Shown here: piece by piece, positions 52,150 through 64,000 of the stretch
How positions within the stretch are numbered: the stretch's first letter is position 1
Layout of the letters: each line of letters begins with the position of its first letter
NCBI RefSeq assembly: GCF_018350175.1
Contig: NC_058368.1
Span: 79,610,001 to 79,674,000, forward strand
Origin: Felis catus
Taxonomy: Eukaryota
DNA length: 64,000 bases
Reading direction: 5' to 3'
Made by a program: the position numbers and the translations under genes
The notes under the pieces: generated by a model
Seen by the model: the letters and a program-made list of their open reading frames with translations, nothing else
Database searches by the model: none
Told to the model about the DNA's origin: nothing

Positions 52150-54070
52150 GTCATAGGGAGGCACTGCATGTTTTTAATTAAGGGAATTACAGGATTACAT
52201 ATATTTTTGAAAAACAGCAGGTAGCAATGGACAGACTAGAGGCGAGAATCCAGTTAGGGATAACAGAAGGTGACTGCACCACAGCAGTGCCTTCTGGCTC
52301 CAGGAGATGATAAGGCACGAGAGACACTCCTCGGGTGGGGAAGGGTCCAGAGGGCCCTCGGAAACCATGCAGCTTAGGTGGGGAGGGAGGAGGTTTGGAG
52401 CTCTCTGGGTAGTCTGACAGGCTCAGGTTGTTAGAACCGACGGGCCCTGGTTACTAACCGCAATAAGGTAACAAAGGCTTGCAGGGGACTGGAGGGTGCC
52501 TGGGGAGACAGTAATGTCCCTTCAGAAGGGGCAGTGACAGCCCGGTGATGGGCGTGATTCTGCCCTGTGAGCTCCGCACAGTGTGAGGCTGGAGAGCTCC
52601 GGCTGGCAGACCTGGAGCTCAAGAAAGAGCCCTGAGCCGGACACACAGCATCAGGGTTCATGGCCATGTAGGGACAGTGGAAGGAAGCCATGATGTTGGA
52701 AGAAGTCTAGAGTTTGGGAGGAAGGAAGCTGAGAACAGAACCCAGGAGGATACAAAGTAAACACGTAGAGAGCAGCAGGCAGAGATTCAGGATGTGTGTC
52801 CCAAGAGGATGGTGTTTGGAAACGCCCAGGGGCAAGATTGCTGCGGGAAAGAGAGGCTGTCCATGGGCTAAAATCCCATAGCACCACGCTTCTTGAACTT
52901 TGATGTGCATAGAACAGGACCTGGGGTCTTGTACAAATGCACAGGTCCACACATCACTGAATGCCCTTAATGCCACTGAACTGCACTCTTAAAAATGGTT
53001 GAAATTACAAACGTTATGTTATATATATTTTACTACAATAAACATTAGTGAGGAAAAAAAGACAAAGGGGCACTTGGGTGGCTCAGTCGGTTGAGCCTCT
53101 GACTCTTGACTTCAGCTCAGGTCATGATCTCACGGTTCATGAGTTCAAGCCCCATGTCAGGTTCATGAGTTCAAGCCCCACGTCGGGCTCTTCTCTGATG
53201 GTTCCGAGCCGGCTTGGGATCTGTCTCCTTCTCTCCCTGCCCCTTCCCTGCTTGTACTCTGTCTTTCTCTCAAAATAAATTTAAAAAAAATTAAAAAAAT
53301 TTTTTAAATAATACAAAAATTTAAAAAGGAAGAATGTACAGAAAAAAATCCCCTCTTCAAAAAGAAAAATCAAGAGACCCAGAAAAGTCCCAGGGCTGTG
53401 ACCTGTGCAGGAGGGGCAGTGGAACAGCCTGATGGGTCTGCAGGGATGGAGGAAGGAGGGAGACATGGGTTCACAGCCATCAGCTGGGAGGTGAAGCTTT
53501 CTGAGCAGTGAGAGGGTTCAGCGGTCAGGTGCACACTTCCTTGGTGAGGGAGTAGGGGGCAGCTGCTAGGAAGAAGACGTTTGGATCCCGGAGAAAGCGG
53601 AGGGTTGGGGTCAGGGTTGCAGGTTAGGAAAAGCGAATTGTCAAAGGCAATCCCCAGCTGCAGGGCCAACTGGAACTTTGGGCAGATGGCTTGGCCACAG
53701 GCCCCAGTGACACGGAAGGGTGCAGGCAGGCTGGTGGGACAACTGGTCGGGTGTTGGCGTACAGAGGGCTCGCAGGAAGGTGAAGACCACGGGCAGGGAT
53801 GGAGCCGGAGCGCTGGGAGGGATGACCCCACTGAGGGGGATGACACAGGCCTCCGCAGTCACCTTGCAAATGCAGAGGTGGGCTCACAAAGTAAGTCCGC
53901 GACCTCTTTGCACCTGGCTGAGGGTGCTGAACAGGAGCAGGTGGGATTTGGGGGGTCCCCTGAGTTTCTGCAGGCGGTTCTGGCCTCCCAGACTGAGGTG
54001 GGAAGGCGGCTGCGTGGTGGGAACAGGATGCCCCGACTGCCTGAGCAGCTCAGGTGTGCGGCCTGGTTGT
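52150..54070 (-). mobile_element. L2 remnants interrupted by an L1 3' fragment (~52920-53050) and a SINE
   Basis: Purine-rich antisense L2-like text (aagccatg, tggagctcaagaaagag, gcagtggaacagcctgatggg). Confidence 0.5.
53068..53290 (+). mobile_element. CanSINE with internal 26-bp tandem duplication
   Basis: ggttcatgagttcaagcccca(t/c)gtc(a/g) at 53134-53159 and 53160-53185. Confidence 0.93.
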
Positions 54071-54234
54071 AGGGCCAGTCCTGCCTGAATGCACTTCCTG
54101 GCCTCCCGTACGGGTATTTCCCTCACTCTAATAAGCACAGAGCCTCGGGAACCTTCTGTGCGAACAGGGAAGGGACCATCGGGAGAATCGCTGTCCTCCA
54201 ACCACCCTCCCACAGATCACCGAGAGCCTCCCCC

Positions 54235-54567
54235 TTTCTTCTCGCTGCTGTAAGAAACCATCCAAACCTGGTTTCACCTCACTGTGCTGCAGGCTAGAAG
54301 TCCAAAATGGGCCCAGTCAAGAAGCCGGCAGGGCCACATTCCCTGGCTTGTGGTGGCATCGCTGAGACTCTGAATTTCGAGTCCCCGTTTGGCCTAAAGA
54401 GATTCCCGGTCACACTGAGCCCACCTGGGTAACATGGGATACCCTCCCCACCCCTAATTCCAGCTGTAACCCCGACTCCCTTTCCCCTTACATCACCATG
54501 TAATGTAACTTACTCCCACGTTCTGGAGACAGAGATGTTTTGGGGGTCCACTATTCTGCCCGCTACT
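54235..54567 (-). mobile_element. MaLR (MLT1-type) LTR remnant
   Basis: gctgctgtaa, ggctagaagtccaaaatggg, cattccctggcttgtgg, ctattctgcccgctac. Confidence 0.75.
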
Positions 54568-55420
54568 TAAGTATTTCCTAAGAAAGTGGTCTTTCCAAAC
54601 TTCCACACGTCTCAAAGGCCATTTTTTGTGTACGAATTTATGGTAAAAGCCTGTAGATTACTTTAATCAGCTAAAAATCCAAGGATGGGCTCTTCACTTC
54701 CTATGAGAATTCAAAGTAAAATATAACTAGAGCTACCACGGGGGAACGATGGACACTTTGGGGTGAATTATTAGCCGATCAGATTCAATTACAGCCAAAT
54801 CAGATAGGCTCCTAACATTTTCAGAAAAGACAGATAGTAAAAAAGGTAAACTTGGATATTCGAAGAATGTATTTTAACACACCATTGTGGTTTTAACTTT
54901 TATCAGCTAGGTAATGAATAAACAGAATATTAGATAAAAAGCTTAATCAGATAATTAACTTTCATAGATGCATGCATATGTTTACACAAACAGTCTAATT
55001 ACCACGGTAGCATGGGTATTCATTTAATATCTGATCTTTTCAGTCCATTGTGAGTACATTCAATTCTACGAAATCACATGATAACTCCTCATTAGCAGAT
55101 AACATTTTAGTCATAATTACTCTAGCACTCCCTTTCCCAGGAAAAAAACTGTCTAAGGTCGTCTAAGTGTGGAAGATGTTAGGTTAAACATAGTTAATCA
55201 TTTTTTCTTCCTGAAGCCTTGCTTAGAACTTTGACTTACTGATGATCCTTGTAAATTTCAAAGAGGCTACTAGTCGAAAACTTCTTTGAATGGGAGCCCC
55301 TCCTTGCACTCTAAAACAGTACAGGATTAACCAATGAGCATTTTTCACAGGCAGGAATATGTGGGAAAGCCTAAAATACATGACAGAGCTATATAACTAA
55401 GGAATTTATATGTGGATGAG

Positions 55421-55424
<4 letters not shown>

Positions 55425-55456
<32 letters not shown>
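55425..55456. repeat. (CA)n microsatellite
   Basis: Direct. Confidence 0.95.
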
Positions 55457-55458
<2 letters not shown>

Positions 55459-55855
55459 ATATTTTATGAAAAAAGAAAGCATATACAAATTCAAACATTC
55501 CCAGGACATAATTAAATTTAAGTTCTGAAGACATGATATTAAAATGATAAGTTTATAAGTTTGTATCTCCTGCTCAACTGTGGGTTCTTTGAGGGCAGGA
55601 CTTTGTCTTGTCTTTGCATATCTAATGCTTGTAAATATTTGCTAGAATAAAAATGGCAACAATACATTTCACAAAATGGCCTCTTATCATATCATAAAGT
55701 CACAGATGACAGGTAAAGCAAGGACGTATTTATTGAACAGAAGGTTGTGAAGTCAGGCACATGGTCTCAAAAATATTTGTTAATAAAATAGATTAATAAA
55801 TGAGCGAATGGAGATAAAAATTTAACTGAGGAGATCAACATAACCTACTGAAAGA

Positions 55856-56077
55856 TGTAGTAGTTGGGATTTTCCAGAGAAACAGAACCAGCAAGATGAC
55901 AGACAGATAGACAGATAGACAAATTACAAGGAACTGGCTCATGTGATTATGGAGGCTGAGAAGTCCCAAGATCTGCTAATGTCATCCGGAACTGCTCTCA
56001 AGGTCTCACCCAGAAACAATGTTTAGGGTGGGCGGCCCACATCTGGCGAGGTTGACACATAAAATGAACCCTTAACA
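55856..56077 (-). mobile_element. MLT2 (ERVL) LTR, internally deleted
   Basis: tccagagaaacagaaccagcaaga, ggaactggctcatgtgattatggaggctgagaagtcccaagatctgc, gttgacacataaaatgaacc. Confidence 0.85.
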
Positions 56078-56225
56078 AAAGAATCTGGCGGTGTGTCTGT
56101 CTCTGAAGAGTTGATGCCAACACCAAAATGGAAAAGTGAAGCAGTGTGTTGTGGGCGGTGATCAGTCTCCAAAGGGTAGGGTCTAGACAAGGAGAAGTTC
56201 TGTAGAAAAGGGGAGGTAGGGCAGT

Positions 56226-56400
56226 GGGCTCCTGGCTGGCTCCGTCATTGGAGCATGTGGCTCTTGATCTCAAGGTTGTGAGTTCAAGCCCCATGTTAGG
56301 TGTTGGGTGTGAAGCTTACTTAATGAAAAAGAAAAGAAAAGAGAAAAGAAAAGAAAAGAAAAGGAAAGAAAAGAAAAGAAAAAAGAAAGAAAAAAAAGGA
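56226..56400 (+). mobile_element. Short tRNA-like CanSINE (older type) with (GAAAA)n tail
   Basis: gggctcctggctggctc...ctcttgatctcaaggttgtgagttcaagcccca. Confidence 0.85.
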
Positions 56401-56529
56401 GAGAGAGGAGCAAATTCAGGGCGGATAAAAGTAAGTAGACCTACTGGATTGTAGTGCGTACCATCCTCTTCATTTTGGTAACGTTGACAAACACTATCCT
56501 CAGTTCCTTACTCATATAAGGAATTGCTT

Positions 56530-56670
56530 AATGTTCACCATGCTTTTGTAAGGCAATATGATTACACCCACTTTACCTGTGAGCAAACTGAGGCAGGTAG
56601 AGGGTATGTAGGTGTCCCAGCTGTAAGTGATGGAGCCAAATTCACATTTGCAACCATTATGTCCTGCGAT
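56530..56670 (-). mobile_element. MIR
   Basis: cccactttac...aaactgaggc...ccagctgtaagtgatggagcca. Confidence 0.65.
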
Positions 56671-57554
56671 GTCTGAACTAGATTTTGTGTTTTGGAGACA
56701 AGAGCTGGATGAGTGAGGCGGACCCAGGTGAGAAGTGGATTTGACAGGCAGAGGAAACAGAATATGGCTGCACAGGTGATACGGATCCATTATGTGCTCT
56801 TTGGAACAGAATGACCCAATTAAAGCCTAATTAAAGAAGATAAGTGCAGACACACACTTTGAGAGGCGAGAGAACCAGCAGGAAACAGTGCAGGTGCGGG
56901 GGTGGGAGGGATTAGAAGGGACAGAACGGGAAGAAAATAAACAATTTGAGGTCCATTACAGAGGAAGAAATAACCACATAGGCAAGGTGCTGGGCTGATG
57001 AGAAGCCCACTGAATGATGGTATGCAATATGCAATATGCAGTAGAATAGTTTTCTCCCTCTCCCTCCACAAAGAGTTAAGAACATGACATATAATCAGGA
57101 GAATCTTCTCAAGTCCTTCTTGGTTATAATATTTCTTGGCAATGAAATAACTCCCATCTCAAGAAACCCAAGCTACAGCTGATCTATCTGAACTCAGGAC
57201 TTTGGGGGCACATCTGACACTGGCAGTCGGGAAGTACAGCTCCTCGAGGAGAGCAGAAAGGGAACACTTCTCAACCACGTCCTCTGATTTCAGATGGTAG
57301 GTTTATTTTTAATGCACAGAAAGTGGAAATTCTAATCTTCTGAGTTAGAAGGCGACCCATGCCTCCCTCTCTACTTAATCTTGTTTATCCCCAACTCTGA
57401 GTGCTGCCTTCTTAATGCTTCCTGCTTTAGATTTACTTACAAAATATCACATTGATAGAGGCTGACCTTCAGATGACTCAGTTCACTTGAAAAACTGGTT
57501 CTAAGAAGTGCATATATTTTACAAGTTCCTATAAGACTCTGGGGGATTCAACTC

Positions 57555-58130
57555 CACATTCATTTACTGAGTGAGTCTGCAAAGACCCATGTAAAATACT
57601 GGTGGGGATACCAAAAATGCTTTATGCAAGGGCTCTGTATTTTAGAAACTGTACCTCCAGGGAGTCAGGTAGAGAAAGACACAAGACACTGGGCACGAAA
57701 AGAAACCGGAACAGTAGGGACAAAATGGGATAGGATCTCAGAGCAGGGACAGAATATGAGATTGTGAAGGGATTTAGGAAATTTTTCAGAAAGGATGCTA
57801 AGACTGAGCTGAAGCATAAAGAATAAATAGGTTTGGTGAGAAGGGACAAGCATTTCACAAGCTGGAGGAATAACCATGAAACCATAAGAGCGCATGAGCT
57901 ATGTTAAATATTTAGCATCCAGGCAGAGTTGTGCACCAGGAGATGAGGTAGGACATAAGGGTAGGGCCAAGCCATGGGGCATCAAATGCCATGATAATGT
58001 GTTTCGACTTTATTGTGTAGATTGAACAAAGCCACTTGAAGGAGCGTAAGGCTAGGGGTGATGCTTCCCTACCTGGATTTTAAGAACAATCTTATTTGCA
58101 GAGGTGAAAAATAGAGCTATGGGCATTGAG
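57555..58130 (-). mobile_element. L2 3' remnant
   Basis: cattcatttactgag, ctgagctgaagc, aagccacttgaagg. Confidence 0.55.
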
Positions 58131-60475
58131 CTTGTCCTTTCTGAGAAGGGTTGATGAGCATCTGAACAACGAACATGAAGGCAAAAGGGAAAGAGAAAGG
58201 ATACATGTGAAGTCTTTGGAACACAAGAGAGAGAGGGCACACGTTTCGAATACCCTGGGATATTTCTGCACTCTTCCACAAAGAAGAGAAAGTCTGTCTC
58301 ACACTGTATGCCCCTCAGTGATGTACAACACCTCCAGTGACCAGCAAACCAATGGTCCACACATGGGGCCACCACCTTGCTTGGCCACCATCATGTCCCG
58401 TTAGAAGAGCATGTCTGTTAGCTGATGGCCAATTCCGCTTTCAGAACTTCAAACTTCTTTTCTTCTTCTCCAGGAAGCCAAGGGAGTAAATCAAGGAACA
58501 CAGGTGTTCTTTAATTGCACCAAAAATAAATTAGCAGTCACCAACCAACAAATGAGGAATGTGAGGAATAAAAAAAATTTTTTTAGCAAATATAAACATT
58601 TACTAAAACCAAAAATACGCTGAGCCATAAAACGTGTCTCAACAAACTTCAAACACTGAAATTATGAAGCTTATCTTCTGAGGCCAAAATGGAAATAAGC
58701 CAGAAATCAATAAAAAATATAACCAGGAATTGCCAGCTATTGGGAATTAAGCAATATGCTTGTAGAACACCTATGAGTTGAATAAGCAGTCTCAAAGGGA
58801 ATGTGAAAATATTTTTGGTTAATTATAATGAAAATACAACATAATAAAACTTGTGTGGTGAAGTGAAAACAGTACTTAGGAGGAAATTTATACCTTTGAA
58901 TTTGTATATTAGACAAGAAAAAAAGGCTAAATATTAAACAGTCTCTGTAAACTCTCAAGGAGTTTGAGAACCCAAACCAATTACCCACCCTGCCCCCCCC
59001 AAAAAGAGAAGAAAAGAAATAATATCAATAAGAGTAGAAATTAATGAATAAGAACCAAATGAAGATGGCAGGAAGTCAAAAAGTCAGTGTTTTCATAGGA
59101 ATAATAAAATTGTTAAGCTTTTGAAAAGATCGAGAGAATAGGAAAGCAAGAGAAAGACAAGACTAGCATTACCAAAATTAGGAATAAAAGAAGGAAAATC
59201 ACTTTAGACCTTACAGGTATTGAGAAGATTGTAAGAGATATTATGTATCACTCTTTTGCCAGTAATTTGAAAATTTATGTAAAAAATGATGAAGTCCTTA
59301 GAGAGCACAGTCTACCAAAATGAAGACAAAAATAAACAGAAAATTTGAGGAATCCTATATCTTACAAATAAATTTGTTAATTAGAAACCTTCATCTCCCC
59401 CTCCCCACCATGGGCACACAAATCCAAGCCATGTGGCTTCACTGGCAAAAATCTTCAAACTTTTAAGGAAGGAAAAACACCAATCTTGGACATACTACTC
59501 CAGGTCATAGAAATATATGGAGTACTTCTCAACTTTTTATGAAACCAACATAATCATAATACTAAATCTGATGAAGACATTACAAACAAGGATAATCAGA
59601 AGCTATCTCTTTCATATAGATGCAAAAATCCTAATATATTAGAAAACTGAACCAGTCAATGTATGAAGTGTATAATCCATCAAGTAAGCTGTGATTTACT
59701 CCTGGGATGGAAGGTTGGTTTAACATTCAAAAATCGATCATGGTAATTCACTATATTAAGAAAAATCAGGTCATCCTAATAGACACAAATAAATTGCTTG
59801 ATAAAATCCAACATCTATACAGGATTTTAAAGTCACTAAGAATGAAAAAAAAAACAAAAAACTTCTTCCACCTGATAAAAATGAACTACAAGTAAAATCT
59901 ACAGAAAACATCGTTTTTCATTATAAAGTATTGAAATATTTCTCCCAAGACCAGAAATGAGAAAGTATGCCTGCTATCACCACTTCTATTGAATATTCTG
60001 CTTGAGTTCCTAATCAACGTTTTAAGGTAAGGAAAGGAAGAAAATATATGAAGATTAGAAAAGAAGAAATAAAACTGTACTTATTCACAGACACCATGAT
60101 TATACGTGTAGAGAATCCAAAAGGGTCTACAGACAAATGACTAAAGTTAATGTCCAATTTAGTAAGTCCACTGGTAACAAAGTTCACATACAAAAGTCAG
60201 TTGTATATCTATATACTGGGAATAAACAAATAGGACATGATACAAAATATAATAGCATTAAAAAACATCAACTAAGAATTAATCTAACAAAAGTAATTAA
60301 GTTAAAAATTTTATAGAAGTAAATCAAAGAATATCTATGTAAATAGAGGCATACACTAGGTTCATGTGATCTGTGGTTTGATCTATAGATTCCACAATCA
60401 AAATTACCCTCAGGTGTTTCAAAAAATACGAATACTTACAACAATCTTTAAAAAGAATTACAAAATTGGAGAACT

Positions 60476-62869
60476 TGTGCAGGATACAAAATTAACATAC
60501 AGAAATCTGTTGAGTTTTTATACACTAATAACAAAGTAGCAAAAAAAGAGGTTAAGAAAACAATCCCATTTGGGGCACCTGGGTGGTTCAGTCGGTTAAG
60601 TGTCTGACTTCAGCTCAGGTCATGATCTCACAGTTCATGGGTTCAAGCCTCACATCCGGCTCTGGGCTGACTGGGCTGACAGCTCAGAGCCTGGAGGCTG
60701 CTTCGGATTCTGTGTCTCCCTCTCTCTCTGCCCCTCCCCTGCTCATGCTCTGTCTCTCTCTCAAAAATAAATAAACATCAAAAAGTCTTTTTAAGAAAAC
60801 AATCCCATTTATAATTGCACCAGAAGAATAAAATACCTAGGAATAAATTTAACCAAGGAGAAGAAAGACCCATACTCTGTCAACTATAAAACAACAGTGA
60901 AAGAAATTGCAGATGACACAAATAAATGAAAGATATACCATGCTCATGGATTGGAAGAATTAATATTGTTAAAATGTCCATACTACTGAAAGCAATCTAA
61001 AGATTCAATACAATCCTTATCAAAATACCAATACCATATTTCACAGAACTAGAACAAATAATCTTAAAATTTGTATGGAGCCAAAAAAGATCTCGAGTAG
61101 CCACTGCAATCTTAAAGAACAAAGCTGGCAGTATCACAATCCCAGATTTCAAGATATACTACAAAACTATAGTAATCTATGGAACAGGAATAAACTTATA
61201 CATGTATATACATATACATATAATACATATATACATAGACATACATCTTTCTTAAGATTGCATTGGCTACTAGCCATCTTTTTTGGCTCCATACAAATTT
61301 TAGGAATATATACAGTATATATGTATATATGTATATATATGTAATTTTATGTATATGTATATGTATATTTTAGGAATATATACAGTATATATATATATAC
61401 ACACACATATATATAGTCAATCTACAACAAAGAAAGCAAGAATATAAGATGGGGAAAAGACAGTCTTTTCAATAAATGGTATTGGGAAAACTGGAGCTAT
61501 ATGCAAAACAACTTTCTTACAAGACCACTTTCTTACACCATACCCAGAACTAAACTCAAGATGGATTAAAGACATAAATGTGAGACCTGAAACCATAAAA
61601 CTCCTAAAAGAAAACTTAGGCAGTAATCTCTTGGACCCTGGTCTTTGCAATGTATTTATGAATATTTCTCCTCCTGCAAGGGACACAAAAGCCAAGTAAA
61701 CTATTGGGATTTCACCAAAAAAAAAAGTTTTGTGCAGCCAAGCAAATTACCAACAAAACAAAAGGCAACCTAGTGAATGGGAGAAGATACTTGCAAATGA
61801 TATATCCAGGAAGGAGTTAATATCCAAAATAAACAAAGAACTTCTACAACTCAAGACCCAAAAAAGAAAAAAAAAAAGAAAAAAACACACTAAACAAACA
61901 GACAAATGGAAAACCCCAAACACTCAGATTAAAAAATGGGCAGAAGACATGAACAGACACTTTTCCAAGGAAGACATATAGATGGCTAGTCATCAGACAG
62001 GTGAAAAGATGCTCAACATTACTAATCCTCAGGGAAATGCAAATCAAAACCACAGTGAGATATCACCTCACCCTTGTCAGAATGGTTAGTATTAAAAAGA
62101 CAAGAAACAACAAGTGTTGGCAAGGATATGGAAAAAGGGAACCCTCGAACACTGTTCGTGGGAATGTAAATTGGTTCAACCACTGTGGAAAACAGTATGG
62201 AGGTTCCTCAAAGGATTAGAAACAGAAATGCCATATGATCCAGTAATTCCTCTACTGGATATTTACCCAAGGAAAATGAAAACATGAATTTGAAAAAAAT
62301 ATATGCATATATGTTTATTGCAGCATTATTTACAATAGCCATGGAATATAGAACAGGGAAGCAAGCCGACCATCTGTTAATAGATGAATGGATAGAGATG
62401 TGATTTATATACACAATGGAATATCACTCAGCCATAAAACAATGACATCTCGCTACTTGTGACAACATGAGTGGACCCAGAGGGTATGATGCTAAATGAG
62501 ATAAATCAGATGGGGAAAGACAAATACCATATGATCTCACTTACATGTGGAATCTGAAACACAGAGCAACCAAGCAAACAAAAACAAACAGAACAACTGG
62601 TGGTTGCCTCAGGGGAGAGGGGTGGGGGGCGGGGTGAGATAGGTGAAGGGGATTACAAGGTACAAACTTCCAGTTGTAGAATAAATAAATCACAGAGACA
62701 AAAAGTACAGCATAGGAGGTCCGTCAATAATATTGTAATAGTGTTGTCTGGTGACAGATGGCGGCTACACTTAGGGTGATGAGTGCTGAGCAGTTGACAG
62801 AATTGTCCAACCACGAAGTTGTACACCTGACACTAAGAGAACACTCTCTGGTGATTATATTTCATAATA
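60476..62869 (+). mobile_element. Younger carnivore LINE-1 3' portion nested in the old L1
   Basis: aaaattggagaact (60462-60475) and aaaaatggagaact (62870-62883); ORF2 C-terminal motifs with frameshifts, followed by a 3' UTR. Confidence 0.88.
60572..60790 (+). mobile_element. CanSINE inside the nested L1
   Basis: taagaaaacaatcccattt on both sides. Confidence 0.95.
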
Positions 62870-63179
62870 AAAAATGGAGAACTACTAAAAGATATCAAGA
62901 CTTACTACACCACAATTATGAACAGAGTGTGTTGCCATCACAGAATAAATAAATAGACCCACTCACATGCATCTGTTGAACACAAAATTGGGGAGGTCGT
63001 ATTGCAGTGGGAGAAGTATATTCTTGTCAATAAACGTTGAGAATCCATGGCACGCCCCTGCTGTGCAAAGCCATTTGACTCCTACCGCACACCGCACTCA
63101 GAAGTCAATTCTACGTGGGTTGTAGATCTGAACATAAAATGTAAGGCATCTTTATGACCTTGGAGTAGGCAAATATTTC

Positions 63180-63398
63180 TTTTTTTTTTAATTTTTTAAA
63201 TGTTTTTATTTATTTTTGAAGGAGAGAGAGACAGAGAATGAGCGGGGGAGGAGCAGAGAGAGAGACATAGAATTTGAAGCAGGCTCCAGGCTCTGAGCCA
63301 TCAGCATAGAGCCCGATGCGGGGCTCGAACTCACGAACCGTGAGATCATGACCTGAGCTGACGTCGGACGCTTAACGGACTGAGCCACCAAGGCGCCC
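63180..63398 (-). mobile_element. CanSINE inside the old L1
   Basis: ggcaaatatttctt on both sides. Confidence 0.95.
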
Positions 63399-64000
63399 TG
63401 GCAAATATTTCTTAAACAGAATGAAAAATGTGCTGCCTAGAAAGGAGGGAGAAAGATAAACTTTCCTTCATTAAAGTTAACAACTTCTGCTCATGAAAAA
63501 ACACAATTAACAACTCAAAAAATGCAAACTGCCCAGTGGGTAGAGGCTTTGAAATACACATAGCTAACAAGAGACTTGTCAGAATTAAAGAAAAATCCCT
63601 AGGTATCTATCAGGAAAAAAGATTTTTAAAAATTAAAAAAAAAAAAAAGGCTGGCACGTGAAATGGTCTTTCCTGGAAGAGTCTGTCCACATAGCCAATA
63701 AGCACATAAGAAGGTGCTCAACTCAGCAGAGAAATGAAAATAAAATTAAGTAAGATGTCAGTTCCTAGTCACCAGAGTGGCTACAGTTATAAAACATAGA
63801 AAAGAAAGAAGGAAAGGGAAAAAGAGACAGAGAAAAGAGAAGGAAACTAGTAAGCAAGGGAGAAAAAGAGAGAGAAAGAAAAAACAAATGGCGGTTGCAA
63901 TGTTGGGGAGCGTGCAGGAGGGCTGGGGCTCCCGTGAGCTGGTGATATCTTCTAAACCTCAACACTGTGTATTCCACAATCCCACAATTCTACTCCTTAT

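Larger units (their letters stand above)
58590..64000 (+). mobile_element. Old LINE-1 ORF2 region, heavily decayed, split by a younger L1 and SINEs
   Basis: A-rich L1 ORF2 motifs ([11 protein letters not shown], agatgcaaaaatcct, ttattcacagacaccatgat); sequence resumes collinearly after 62883. Confidence 0.9.

Noticed and set aside
3786..63391. Many similar short ORFs (…AQVMIS…SLEPASDSVSPSLSAPP…)
   Set aside because: These are translations of CanSINE copies, not a gene family.
1..64000. tRNA, rRNA, snRNA genes, CRISPR arrays or prokaryotic operons
   Set aside because: None seen; the tRNA-like A/B boxes all belong to SINE heads.

Overview
Mammalian (carnivore, most likely felid) genomic DNA, essentially non-coding: intergenic or intronic. 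It is dominated by tRNA-derived CanSINEs (about 29 copies, many with visible target-site duplications, TSDs), young and old LINE-1 pieces, L2/MIR remnants, MaLR/ERVL solo LTRs and an approximately 1.1-kb (CCTCCCAG)n minisatellite. I recognise no host protein-coding gene. The only convincing protein-like ORF (10983-11981) is the C-terminal part of L1 ORF2 inside a young, 5'-inverted (twin-primed) L1. The most notable observations are: (i) that inverted L1, whose inversion supplies new in-frame ATGs; (ii) a chain of minus-strand exon-like segments at about 30.7-36.8 kb suggesting a spliced transcript (lncRNA or decayed gene); (iii) a candidate 5-nt microexon at 3135-3139; (iv) a four-SINE hotspot with a 33-bp duplication; (v) a nested L1-in-L1 carrying an internal inverted duplication; (vi) the G-quadruplex-prone minisatellite; (vii) two unexplained local sequence duplications. 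Repeat subfamily names come from recalled consensus motifs, not a database search. I found no firm evidence of a new biological system.
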